Assembly: GCA_964456225.1 (NCBI GenBank)
Contig: CAYWAV010000001.1
Span: forward strand, 24,453 to 88,452
Length of the DNA stretch: 64,000 bases
Origin: an uncultured Chitinophaga sp.
GTDB lineage: Bacteria > Bacteroidota > Bacteroidia > 2-12-FULL-35-15
Reading direction: 5' to 3'
Made by a program: the position numbers and the translations under genes. The notes below the pieces were generated by a model. It searched no databases. It saw only the letters and a program-made list of their open reading frames with translations, and was not told where the DNA came from. This document shows, piece by piece, positions 37,751 through 47,163 of this stretch; within the stretch, counting starts at the first letter, position 1, and the number at the start of each line of letters is the position of its first letter.

Positions 37751-38518
37751 CTACCTAGTAACTGCTCCGGAATAGGTAAGAAGAACAAACATGCTTGTAA
37801 GGATACTTACAATTGGTGCGACTTCTTGTATAAATCTACTAGCATATTTTTTTCTTGGCTCTATATAAATGATATCATTGGCTTGTAAAACCATAGTTCC
37901 TTGCTGAATCCCTTCAATTTTAGAAAGGTCAATCAGATAAACATCATGCTTATTTTCATTTGTTTCTCTGATTAATTTAACCATTCTTGCTTTTCCGTCA
38001 TCAGCTATTCCACCTGCTAAGGCTAGTGCTTCAATAAGTGTTGTATTGTTGTTTTTAAGCGGAATTACTTTTGCATCTCCCGCACTTCCAGGGAAAATGA
38101 TTACTCTTTTATTGGTAACGGATAAAACCACGTAAGGGCGAACATAAAAACTAGCGTATTTTTCTTCCAATAAACTTTCGGCCTCTCGAATGGTATAACC
38201 ACTTAGTTTAATTCTGCCTAAAACAGGAAGTTTAGAATTTCCATCTGATTCAACCAGATATTGAATATCATTTTGAAATCGGTAACCCATATTGGCACTG
38301 TTCAAAGATGTTAAATCCACCAATTTAAAACCATCGTTCGAATACATGCTGAACTCCAAGATGTCGTTTTGAGATATTCTATAATCTAAAACCTTTGTAG
38401 AATCAGGTGTTTTGGCGTAATTGTAATCTTTTCCGGTTTTAAGCATGATACTTGGATTTACCCAGGCACAACTAGTGAAAAATAATGATAATCCGAACAA
38501 ATAGAGCAGTTTACGCAT
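37751..38518 (-). CDS. wza: Outer-membrane polysaccharide export protein (Wza family)
   Basis: 255-aa ORF with the lipoprotein signal FFTSCAW, the Poly_export-like block YRISQNDILEF and an SLBB-like C-terminus. It lies directly upstream of wzc. Confidence 0.8.
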   Translation of the reverse strand: MRKLLYLFGLSLFFTSCAWVNPSIMLKTGKDYNYAKTPDSTKVLDYRISQNDILEFSMYSNDGFKLVDLTSLNSANMGYRFQNDIQYLVESDGNSKLPVLGRIKLSGYTIREAESLLEEKYASFYVRPYVVLSVTNKRVIIFPGSAGDAKVIPLKNNNTTLIEALALAGGIADDGKARMVKLIRETNENKHDVYLIDLSKIEGIQQGTMVLQANDIIYIEPRKKYASRFIQEVAPIVSILTSMFVLLTYSGAVTR

Positions 38519-38672
38519 ATAGTCTTAAGTATTTTAACATGCAAAGTTAAAAAATATTACGAAACCTCGACTTGCTTTCAATTTTAAAAGAAAATTGCCT
38601 TGTAAAGCCTTTTTTTGTTGAGCTTTATGCAAAAAAAAGAGGTGAAGATGCCTTTTTTAGAGGGATTTGAGG

Positions 38673-39854
38673 CTATTTAAGGGAGCGGTACAAATCCTCC
38701 ATGTCCTTCACCAAACGGGTGTAATGAAATTTCTCTTTTACATGAGTCCAGCCCTTTTCCGACATAGTAGCTCGCATTTCTTTGTTTTCTATCAATTTTA
38801 GCAATGATGCAGAAAACTGCTTCAAATTATTGTTTTCGCACAGTAGGGCTGTTTGGTTAGGAATTACCACGTTTTCGATACCACCAACATTCGTTGTGAC
38901 GATTGGTTTGTTGGCTGCTTGGGCCTCAATTAAGCTAACAGGCGTACCTTCATTAAAAGAAGTAAGTGCAACAATGTCAGTGCCTGCAAGCGCTATATCA
39001 ATTTCTTTTATCCAAGATGTGAATGTCAACAGTGCTTTTTCATTTGTTTTGGTTCCATCAACAAACGGTATCCCTAATGCAGTTGCTTTTGCTTCGATCG
39101 TTTGTCGTTCTTCTCCATCTCCAATAATAAAAGCACGAATTTTTTTAGAAGTTTTTTCAGATACGATTTTTAGTGCGTCCAAAAAAAGCGCATGATTTTT
39201 TACAGGAACCAATCTTCCAATTATTGAAATTGCAATTTCATCTTCATCCAAATTGTATTTTGAACGAAATGATTTTCGTTTGTCTAAAATGTTTTCTTGG
39301 AATTTTGAAAGGTCAAATCCTAATGGAACTACTTTTACTTTTTCTGCCTTACAGATTTTATGAATTTCTACCAATTCTTGTTTTTGTAGTTCGCTAATAG
39401 CGATAATAACAGTTGATTTCTTTGCTAAATAACGTTCTATGGTTTTATAAAATGCAGTTTTTAGTCTCCCGAAATAAGAATGAAACACATGGCCGTGAAA
39501 TGTATGAATAATAATTGGCACACCACAAGAATTCGCAGCCAACCGCCCTAATGTTCCTGCTTTTGAAGCATGCGTATGTACAATGTCGGGCTTGAATTCT
39601 TTTATTATTTTTTTTAATTTTTTATAAGCGATGTAATCATTTTTGATGTTAATTTCCCTCAACATCTCATCAACAATTACAGGCTTCAATCCTAAATTTT
39701 CTACAATGAAATCAGAACTTTCTTCAGTTGCATCTTTTGCTCCCCCCACTAATAAAGTTTCAAAATCATCTGACATGTATTTGCTTAAATAGGCAACATT
39801 GTAAGTAGGGCCGCCTAAATTAAATCGATTGATGATGCGTAATACTTTTGTCAT
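38673..39854 (-). CDS. GT-B glycosyltransferase (family 4)
   Basis: 393-aa ORF with RFNLGGPTYNV, DIVHTHASKAG and FNEGTPVSLIEAQAANKPIVTTNVGG. Confidence 0.8.
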   Translation of the reverse strand: MTKVLRIINRFNLGGPTYNVAYLSKYMSDDFETLLVGGAKDATEESSDFIVENLGLKPVIVDEMLREINIKNDYIAYKKLKKIIKEFKPDIVHTHASKAGTLGRLAANSCGVPIIIHTFHGHVFHSYFGRLKTAFYKTIERYLAKKSTVIIAISELQKQELVEIHKICKAEKVKVVPLGFDLSKFQENILDKRKSFRSKYNLDEDEIAISIIGRLVPVKNHALFLDALKIVSEKTSKKIRAFIIGDGEERQTIEAKATALGIPFVDGTKTNEKALLTFTSWIKEIDIALAGTDIVALTSFNEGTPVSLIEAQAANKPIVTTNVGGIENVVIPNQTALLCENNNLKQFSASLLKLIENKEMRATMSEKGWTHVKEKFHYTRLVKDMEDLYRSLK

Positions 39855-39879
39855 TTTTTAATATCAATAATAAGTAACA

Positions 39880-39915
39880 CCCCTCTCCATTTGGAGAGGG
39901 GATTAAGGGGTGAGG
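39880..39915. repeat. Family A GC-rich palindromic repeat overlapping the asnB stop codon
   Basis: CCCCTCTCCAttTGGAGAGGGG has a perfect 10-nt inverted repeat and is followed by ATTAAGGGGTGAGG. On the minus strand this reads CCTCACCCCTTAATCCCCTCTCCAAATGGAGAGGGG, the same layout as 15907-15935. Confidence 0.8.
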
Positions 39916-41795
39916 CTTTTCCACCAATATTGAAATACAATTAAGGCCCAGACTTTTTCTACAGCATCATTCGGATTGCTTGAAAATAGTTGTGCTTTGA
40001 GTTTTTTTATTTCTTCTAAATTAAAAATGCTTTGCTCATCGATAAATTTATCTTCCAGTAATTCATTGGTGATCATTGATTTTAAATCTGTTTTAAACCA
40101 TTTGAGCATAGGTACTTCAAAGCCTTGTTTTCTTTTGGACAACAGTTCTGGAGGTAACATGTCTTTAAATGTATCTCGAACAATTTTTTTACGCGACTTG
40201 TTATCAATTTTATAATTTGCCGGCAAAGAAAATGCAAAGTCAACAATTTTATGATCTAAAAAGGGAACTCGAACTTCTAAACTCTGGCTCATACTCATTC
40301 GATCGACTTTTACAAGCATGTCGTTTTCTAATACTAATTGCATATCTGTTAATAAAACAGAATTGTAATCATCGGAAATATTTTTTAAGATATTGGATTT
40401 ACTTTTTTCAAATTCAGTAGTATTTATATCAGAAGAATATTTTTTTGAAAAAAGTTGCGCACTTGTGTACCCCGACCATTTAGCCCATTGCCAGTAGCGT
40501 TCTTGTGGACTCATTTTCATTCCTTCAGCAAATTTTTCCAATTGACGAATTTTGTTTCCTGTTTTACTGTTTCGTGATTTTGGTAATTTTTTCAATAAAC
40601 CATGTGATGATTTTACTAAACCGGCTTTGATTCCACCGGCTCTTGCTTTCAGCTCAGCAGCATGTTTGTTGTAGCCTGCAAATAATTCATCTGCACCATC
40701 ACCTGATAAAGCAACCGTTACATGCTTTTTTGTGTGCATGCTTAGAATATTTACAGCAAGCGCTGATGAATCGGCAAAAGGTTCATCGGTATAATCTAAA
40801 ATTTGTTGTAAGTTGGCAAATAAATCGTTGTTGCTTAATTGAAAAACAGTGTGATTGGTTTTATACTTTTTAGCAAGCAGTTGTGCATGTTCTGTTTCAT
40901 CAAATAAGGGCTCATCTTTAAAGCCAATCGAAAACGAATTTAAATGCTTTGTCTGTTGGGCTGCAATGGCTGTAATAATAGAAGAATCAATTCCTCCACT
41001 TAAAAAAGTTCCTAAGGGTACATCTGCAATCATTCGCTGTTGAACGGAAGTTTCTAACAATGATTTAAATATTTTTTGCGCTGCTTCGTAGCTTGGAACA
41101 TTTTTTAATTCAGTCGAATACGGAATAGAATAATATTTTTTTTCTTCGCATATTCCTTTCAAATTTACTTTCATAAACGAACCGGCTTCTAGTTTTTTTA
41201 CATTTTCAAAAATAGAGTAGGGGCTAGGAATATAATTTAAGTGAAAATAAAGTTGCAAGGCTGTCTTGTCAATAATCTTTGGAATGTCAAATGCCATTAA
41301 GGATTTTAGCTCGGAGCCAAAAACAAATCGGTCATCATTTTTATAATAATACAAAGGTTTTATTCCAAATCTATCGCGTGCTAAAAAAAGTTCTTCGTTT
41401 TGCGAATCATAAATAGCGAATGCAAATTCTCCATCTAGTTTTTCTAAACATTTTTCTTTGTCTAAGATGTATAAGTGAAGTAATACTTCGGTGTCGCTTT
41501 GAGATTTGAAATTTAGCCCTTTGCTCTCAAGCTCTTTACGGAGCGATTTATAATTGAAAATTTCTCCGTTGAATACAATCGTATATCTTTCTGAGTTTTC
41601 TGTGAAAGGCTGGGCAGCTGCGTTCGATGTGTCAATAATTGACAACCGTCTGTGGCCTAATGCGCAATTATTATAGAAGGATATTCCTTCTCCATTCGGT
41701 CCACGCTTTATTAAAGTATAAGTAGCTGCACTTATTTTTGACAAGTACTTTTTCCCTTCTTCGTTAAATGCTACAATTCCAGTTATTCCACACAT
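39903..41795 (-). CDS. asnB: Asparagine synthase (glutamine-hydrolysing), polysaccharide-locus type
   Basis: 630-aa ORF with the N-terminal nucleophile MCGITGIV and the PP-loop FLSGGIDSS. The last residues (SLTP) are encoded by the repeat. Confidence 0.9.
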   Translation of the reverse strand: MCGITGIVAFNEEGKKYLSKISAATYTLIKRGPNGEGISFYNNCALGHRRLSIIDTSNAAAQPFTENSERYTIVFNGEIFNYKSLRKELESKGLNFKSQSDTEVLLHLYILDKEKCLEKLDGEFAFAIYDSQNEELFLARDRFGIKPLYYYKNDDRFVFGSELKSLMAFDIPKIIDKTALQLYFHLNYIPSPYSIFENVKKLEAGSFMKVNLKGICEEKKYYSIPYSTELKNVPSYEAAQKIFKSLLETSVQQRMIADVPLGTFLSGGIDSSIITAIAAQQTKHLNSFSIGFKDEPLFDETEHAQLLAKKYKTNHTVFQLSNNDLFANLQQILDYTDEPFADSSALAVNILSMHTKKHVTVALSGDGADELFAGYNKHAAELKARAGGIKAGLVKSSHGLLKKLPKSRNSKTGNKIRQLEKFAEGMKMSPQERYWQWAKWSGYTSAQLFSKKYSSDINTTEFEKSKSNILKNISDDYNSVLLTDMQLVLENDMLVKVDRMSMSQSLEVRVPFLDHKIVDFAFSLPANYKIDNKSRKKIVRDTFKDMLPPELLSKRKQGFEVPMLKWFKTDLKSMITNELLEDKFIDEQSIFNLEEIKKLKAQLFSSNPNDAVEKVWALIVFQYWWKSLTP

Positions 41796-41798
41796 AAA

Positions 41799-42551
41799 TT
41801 AGTTCGTCTTAAACACCACCCAGTTGCATTGTTTGTCGGTTTGTGTTTTCATTCTTCCAATCGTAATGATTTTATTGTCAGTTGAATTTCTATACCAGCC
41901 TTCATCCCAAGCTCCCATATCAACATAAAGAGCATCTTGTACTCCAAGTTCTAATAAATCTGTTGTAAATACAGTTAATGTTATGTTTTCGTATGATTCT
42001 ATTACAGCCGTTTTGTTCCCTTTTAATTTTACTATGGCTCTTCTCTGAAACAATTTTACATCTTTATATTTTGATCCAACTCCTTTTTCAATCATTAGGA
42101 TTTGTTGAAATAAGGAACCTTTTTTAGCTACCACAAAATTAGTTAGTGAATCGGTCAGTAATTTTCCTTTGTGGGTAGGAAATAGTTCGCAGTCTCCATT
42201 AATCATTTTTATAGCACCTCCAAGAGTGTTATTAATCTTGTTTTTATTTAGCACATTTCCGTTTTCAATCAAAAGTCCATCGGGAGAATAATTTTGTAAA
42301 TCAGTAAATGCACCTGCTATGCATAAATGAATAGTTTTGTCTGTTTTTTCTGGACGCTTTAATGATAAATTTATATTAAAATTATTTTTATGAAAAATGG
42401 TGTAGTTGTATCCTGATTTTGTTTTTTTCTTCTCAACGACTAAATCAGTGCTTAAAACGACATCATTTTTAAAAGCGCTGGTGAGAAAAGAAAATGTAAT
42501 TGCTAAAAGCAAAGCTATCGAAATAATGGATAATCGTTTGGTTGTCGTCAT
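41799..42551 (-). CDS. Exported hypothetical protein, possibly phosphodiester glycosidase-like (DUF2233-like)
   Basis: 250-aa ORF with an N-terminal anchor. Blocks LCIAGAFTD, GLLIENG, QRRAIV and ALYVDMG weakly recall that family. This is a recollection only. Confidence 0.35.
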   Translation of the reverse strand: MTTTKRLSIISIALLLAITFSFLTSAFKNDVVLSTDLVVEKKKTKSGYNYTIFHKNNFNINLSLKRPEKTDKTIHLCIAGAFTDLQNYSPDGLLIENGNVLNKNKINNTLGGAIKMINGDCELFPTHKGKLLTDSLTNFVVAKKGSLFQQILMIEKGVGSKYKDVKLFQRRAIVKLKGNKTAVIESYENITLTVFTTDLLELGVQDALYVDMGAWDEGWYRNSTDNKIITIGRMKTQTDKQCNWVVFKTN

Positions 42552-42658
42552 TTGAGCCTGTGAAAAACTTTGTTAATATACAAAAAATGTATGAGGTGAA
42601 AGCTGGGCTTTATTTCTTTTTCTTTGTTATAAGTGTTAAATCGGTAATTTCATAAACT

Positions 42659-44122
42659 ATGTCATCATCTTTAATATTAATTTGTGTACTAGCCTATTCC
42701 TTGCTGTTGTTCTATGTTACGTGGTGGACATCTAAGGGGGCAAATAACGAAAGCTATTATGTTGGAAACCGTTCTTCCAAATGGTATTTAGTGGCTTACG
42801 GCATGATTGGCGCTTCGCTTTCAGGTGTTACGTTCATTTCGGTTCCTGGTGCTGTAGGAACTTCACAATTTGGCTATTTACAAGTTGTTTTAGGATATTT
42901 AGTGGGTTACGTTGTAATTGCCTACGTGTTGTTGCCCTTGTATTACAGATTAAATCTTACTTCTATTTATAGTTATTTGAAAGGTCGATTTGGGAACTCC
43001 TCCTACAAAACAGGCGCTTTCTTTTTTATCTTTTCGAGAGTAGTTGGTGCTGCATTCCGCATGTATATTGTTGTAAACGTGTTACAGGAATTTGTGTTTG
43101 ACGACATGGGTGTTCCGTTTTTTGTAACCGTTGCTGTTTTTATGTTGTTGATTTTGTTATATACCTATCAAGGCGGAGTAAAAACAATTGTTTACACAGA
43201 TACTTTGCAAACCACTTTTATGATTGTATCGGTTGTTTTGTCGATTGTATTCATAATGCAGGATTTAGATTTAAGTGTTTCTGACACTTATCACAAAATT
43301 GTTGATAGTGAATATTCCAAAACATTTTTTGACGATTGGCAAGCAAAATCATTTTTCCCAAAACAATTTTTTGGAGGGATGTTTATTGCAATTGCAATGA
43401 CAGGGTTAGATCAAGAGATGATGCAAAAAAATATCAGTTGTAAAACCCTTGGAGATGCTCAAAAAAATGTACTCACATTCAGCGGAATTTTATTGATTGT
43501 TAATATTTTGTTTTTAGTCTTGGGAGCCTTACTATATATATACGCTCACCAGGAGAGTGTTCCTTTAATGATTAATGAAAAAGGAAAGATTATTTCCGAC
43601 AATGTATTTCCGACTATTGCTTTACATCATTTTGGAACGGTATCGGGTATTTTCTTTATTCTTGGATTGATTTCAGCAGCTTATCCAAGTGCAGATGGTG
43701 CCTTAACAGCATTAACAAGTGTATTTTGCCTAGATTTTTTAGGATTAAAAGAAGATACCACTAAAACAGAAGAAGAAAAAACAAAAATCCGTCACAAAGT
43801 CCACATTGGATTTGCAAGCATTCTGTTTGTCGTTATAATTGTTTTTAAATTAATAAATAATGATGCTGTTATTAACGAGCTGTTTACTTGGGCGGGTTAT
43901 ACTTATGGACCATTGCTTGGTTTGTATGCTTTTGGACTCTTCACTAAACTTCAGGTAAAGGATAAATTGGTTCCTTTGATTTGTATTCTTTCGCCTATTA
44001 TTTGCTACACATTAAATAATTTTTCGAAAGAATTGTTTAATGGCTACAAATTCGGATTTGAAATGATTATTTTAAATGGAACGATAACTTTTATCGGACT
44101 TTGGCTGATTAAGAAAAAGTAA
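42659..44122 (+). CDS. Sodium:solute symporter family transporter
   Basis: 487-aa polytopic ORF. Blocks SYYVGNRSSKWYLVAYGMIGASLSGVTFISVPG and QGGVKTIVYTDTLQ are typical of the SSF family. Confidence 0.8.
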   Translation: MSSSLILICVLAYSLLLFYVTWWTSKGANNESYYVGNRSSKWYLVAYGMIGASLSGVTFISVPGAVGTSQFGYLQVVLGYLVGYVVIAYVLLPLYYRLNLTSIYSYLKGRFGNSSYKTGAFFFIFSRVVGAAFRMYIVVNVLQEFVFDDMGVPFFVTVAVFMLLILLYTYQGGVKTIVYTDTLQTTFMIVSVVLSIVFIMQDLDLSVSDTYHKIVDSEYSKTFFDDWQAKSFFPKQFFGGMFIAIAMTGLDQEMMQKNISCKTLGDAQKNVLTFSGILLIVNILFLVLGALLYIYAHQESVPLMINEKGKIISDNVFPTIALHHFGTVSGIFFILGLISAAYPSADGALTALTSVFCLDFLGLKEDTTKTEEEKTKIRHKVHIGFASILFVVIIVFKLINNDAVINELFTWAGYTYGPLLGLYAFGLFTKLQVKDKLVPLICILSPIICYTLNNFSKELFNGYKFGFEMIILNGTITFIGLWLIKKK

Positions 44123-44145
44123 TTGAAATTTAATTTTTTGCTAAA

Positions 44146-45282
44146 ATGACAGGGTATTTTCCAGCAGAATCGGTTAAGTTAATTTTCAGTGGCAATGATT
44201 TTTTTAAAACCCTGGAAAGCTTTATTGACAATGCCAAGGAGACAATTCATTTTCAAATCTATATTTTTGAAGAAGATGAAACAGGTAAACAAATTGCGGA
44301 AGCTTTATTAAGAGCAGCAAATAGGGGAGTTGAAATTTATCTGCTGGTAGATGCCTATGGTTCAAAAGATCTTTCCATAGATTTTATTAAAAAAATTCAA
44401 CAAGGAGCCATTAAGTTTCGTTTTTTTTCACCTTTATTTTCTAAAGAAAGTATTTATTGGGGAAGACGGTTGCACCATAAAGTTGTTGTTATAGATAAAA
44501 CTGTTTCAATGGTTGGAGGGATCAATATTGGAGATCGATATCGTGGAAGTGAAACGGCTCCAGCATGGTTAGATTATGCTGCACTTATCAAAGGAGACGT
44601 TTGTTTAGAACTTCATAATCTTTGTTCAGCTCTTTTCGAAAAAAAAAGATTTAGACAAGCTGAACAAGTGACAGTATTGAAAGAAAAAGAAACAGGAACT
44701 CCCTTAGTTCGATTCAGTAAGAATGATTGGATCAAAGGACAAAATGAAATTCACAAAAGAGCTCTTTATTCTTTTCGGAATGCTAAAAGAACAATAGTCA
44801 TTATTTCAAGTTATTTTTTACCTGGCTATTCATATAGACGTGCCTTGAAAAATGCGAGAAAACGTGGAGTCAATGTAAAAGTGATACTTGCAGGCCAATC
44901 TGATATGCGATTTTTGCTTTATGCGGAGAAACATTTGTATCGTTTTTTGTGTAGGCAAGGAATTGAAATATGTGAATGGACAGATTCTGTATTGCATGGT
45001 AAAGCAATAATGGTTGACCAAGAATGGGTGTCAATCGGTTCTTATAATTTAAATTATTTAAGTCGATATTGGAGCATAGAACTGAATACAGAAGTAAAAG
45101 ATGTCGACTTTATAAATGAATTTTCTAATCATCTTGATTTGATAGTTGCCAGTAGATGCATTTTGGTTGACGCAAATCAAATGAGGACATTCGGTTTATT
45201 TGCTAAAATAAGAAATGCTGTTGCATACTTTATATACAGGATCATGATGAAAATATTTTTTTCGAAGAAACACAAACATTAA
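44146..45282 (+). CDS. Phospholipase D-family protein (cardiolipin synthase-like, two HKD motifs)
   Basis: 378-aa ORF with HHKVVVIDKTVSMVGGINIGDRY and LHGKAIMVDQEWVSIGSYNLN. Confidence 0.85.
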   Translation: MTGYFPAESVKLIFSGNDFFKTLESFIDNAKETIHFQIYIFEEDETGKQIAEALLRAANRGVEIYLLVDAYGSKDLSIDFIKKIQQGAIKFRFFSPLFSKESIYWGRRLHHKVVVIDKTVSMVGGINIGDRYRGSETAPAWLDYAALIKGDVCLELHNLCSALFEKKRFRQAEQVTVLKEKETGTPLVRFSKNDWIKGQNEIHKRALYSFRNAKRTIVIISSYFLPGYSYRRALKNARKRGVNVKVILAGQSDMRFLLYAEKHLYRFLCRQGIEICEWTDSVLHGKAIMVDQEWVSIGSYNLNYLSRYWSIELNTEVKDVDFINEFSNHLDLIVASRCILVDANQMRTFGLFAKIRNAVAYFIYRIMMKIFFSKKHKH

Positions 45283-45287
45283 GTTTG

Positions 45288-46052
45288 CTACCAACCTGTT
45301 GCAAATAAATTCTTCGCACCTTTCATTCCGCATTTTAAATATTGATGATAAGCTTCTGCAGCTCTGAGGTGAATTTGTGTTCCTGTTTCATTTAATAACC
45401 AACCATCAATAGCGGCTTTTAAGGTGTAGGCTTCAGGGCACATTAAATTGGTTGTCCAAAGTAATGGATTTGCTCCTGCACTTTTAACCCCTTCTTTATA
45501 ATAACTTTTACTAGCACAAGCAAGAATAATTACCTCCTTTTTATCCGTTCCCTTTTTTACAGGATAATTGTCTAATGTAAAATCCATTAAGCCATCGTGA
45601 CCAACATAACAAACCAGTTGCGCAGCATTAAAGTTTAGAACTTTGTCTTTTATCATAATTGTATCCGTTACATTTCCGGAAGCGGAGTTAAAGAAATTTT
45701 CGTTACAGGTTTTTATTTCATCGCCTTTATAGCCATCTGCAATAATGTAGGCATCTTGTGTAATGTGTTTAAAAATGCAACGTTCAAGTATAATTGCGGA
45801 GACGGATTTTCGTTTGGAAACCAATTTCCATTCAGCAGCATTTTTAAAGAAGGTACGCACTCCGTAACCACATCCCCAGTATAAGTTATTGTCGGGGTCG
45901 TTACCATTGCCTATTTTTTTAGGAACGGGTACAATTCCCTGGCTATCATTATCGCACAATGCTACAAAAACATGAATGATTTTAGTTTCGGCATTTAGGA
46001 AGCCAATTTTTAATAGAAAGATTATAAAAAGTATTTTTTTCATTTTTATCAA
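45288..46052 (-). CDS. Secreted hypothetical protein with a strand-His ... strand-Cys pattern
   Basis: 254-aa ORF with a signal peptide. It carries LVCYVGHDGLMDF followed about 30 aa later by VIILACASKSYY. Confidence 0.6.
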   Translation of the reverse strand: MIKMKKILFIIFLLKIGFLNAETKIIHVFVALCDNDSQGIVPVPKKIGNGNDPDNNLYWGCGYGVRTFFKNAAEWKLVSKRKSVSAIILERCIFKHITQDAYIIADGYKGDEIKTCNENFFNSASGNVTDTIMIKDKVLNFNAAQLVCYVGHDGLMDFTLDNYPVKKGTDKKEVIILACASKSYYKEGVKSAGANPLLWTTNLMCPEAYTLKAAIDGWLLNETGTQIHLRAAEAYHQYLKCGMKGAKNLFATGW

Positions 46053-46262
46053 TTCTGTAGTTTAAATGATAATGCCGAAATTGTAAAAAGATACACAGAT
46101 ATTCGTAATTCGTATTTTTCGTACTAATTAGTAATTCGCTGGCTTATAAAATAAAGATAGCTGCAATTATCATGACGATTATTATCACAATATATTGCCA
46201 AACATCAGGAAAGTATAATTTAATAAACTCCCAAGTAGTTTTTGGTTTATTATTTTCTTCCA

Positions 46263-47081
46263 TTAAGAAAAGTGTTTTTTTACTATGTCTAAAAATTCAT
46301 CAAAACAAGCGGCATTTCCAGCTACAATTTCTTTCCCAAAGATATAATTTTCTTCGCCTTTAAAATCGGTCACTTTGCCACCTGCCTGCTGAACAATAAA
46401 TGCTCCGGCTGCTACGTCCCATGGCTGCAAACTGTATTCATAAAAACCTTCAAACCGTCCGCATGCAACATATGCTAAATCCGTGGCTGCTGACCCTAAT
46501 CTTCGTAAACCATGGGTGTTTTTCATAAAGTATTTGAACAATTCCATGTATTCATCCATTCGATCATAGTCGTAATAAGGAAAGCCAGTTGCTAAAAGTG
46601 AATCAGCTAAATTTGCAGTGTCGGAAACTCGAATTTCTTTTCCATTCAAATAAGCTTTGCTTCCTTCCCATGCATAAAAGCATTCATCAAAATTTACTTC
46701 ATAAATAATTCCCATCACCAATTGCTGACCTGCCTGTCCGTCAGGCAGGTTGCGCATCAATCCAATGCTAATTGCAAAGCAAGGTATTCCGTGAATAAAA
46801 TTAGTGGTTCCATCCAATGGATCTACAATCCAATTATAGGTCTCTCCTTTTTTCGTAGAAGTTCCTTCTTCTGCAATAAATCCAGCTTCGGGTAGTAAAA
46901 GAGCTAATTTTTCAACTATTCTTTTTTCGGAGGTTTTATCAACATACGACACAAAATCATTCTTTCCTTTTACCTCAACCTTTCCTAAAGAGAATTTTTC
47001 ACCTTCACTTTTGATGAAAACACCTACTTCTTTCGATAAAGTGCATACTTCTTGGCAAAGTGTTTGTAAGTTGATACTCAT
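46263..47081 (-). CDS. suhB: Inositol monophosphatase family protein (SuhB-like)
   Basis: 272-aa ORF with EEG, WIVDPLDGTTNFIHG and GSAATDLAYVACGRFEGFYE. Confidence 0.85.
   Translation of the reverse strand: MSINLQTLCQEVCTLSKEVGVFIKSEGEKFSLGKVEVKGKNDFVSYVDKTSEKRIVEKLALLLPEAGFIAEEGTSTKKGETYNWIVDPLDGTTNFIHGIPCFAISIGLMRNLPDGQAGQQLVMGIIYEVNFDECFYAWEGSKAYLNGKEIRVSDTANLADSLLATGFPYYDYDRMDEYMELFKYFMKNTHGLRRLGSAATDLAYVACGRFEGFYEYSLQPWDVAAGAFIVQQAGGKVTDFKGEENYIFGKEIVAGNAACFDEFLDIVKKHFS
46728..46750. repeat. Family C GC-rich hairpin (CCTGCC...GGCAGG) in frame inside the IMPase gene
   Basis: ACCTGCCTGtccgtCAGGCAGGT has a 9-bp stem and is translated on the minus strand as LPDGQAGQ. A related copy lies at 60289-60316. 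Confidence 0.75.
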
Positions 47082-47163
47082 AATTGTAAAGTTTATTCAC
47101 AAAGTTACGTTTAAAACACTATCAATTATACGTTTATCAAAGGCAATTATTTGATTAATTTTG

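Noticed and set aside
37729-37788. 20-codon 5-prime extension of wzc that overlaps the end of wza.
   Set aside because: The internal ATG at 37728 removes the 38-nt overlap and starts at the conserved cytoplasmic N-terminus. The extension is hydrophobic nonsense.
38782-39195. 137-aa plus-strand ORF antisense to the GT4 glycosyltransferase gene.
   Set aside because: The minus-strand protein has clear GT-B motifs along its full length, whereas the antisense ORF has none.
39880-39901. The perfect 10-nt palindrome after asnB as a classical rho-independent terminator.
   Set aside because: No U-run follows on the transcribed (minus) strand, and the sequence belongs to a dispersed repeat family. 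A structural RNA role is possible but a canonical terminator is not supported.
46172-46363. 63-aa plus-strand ORF running from the intergenic region into the 3-prime end of the IMPase gene.
   Set aside because: It overlaps a well-supported gene on the opposite strand and has no recognisable features. It is probably spurious, although a short hydrophobic peptide cannot be excluded.
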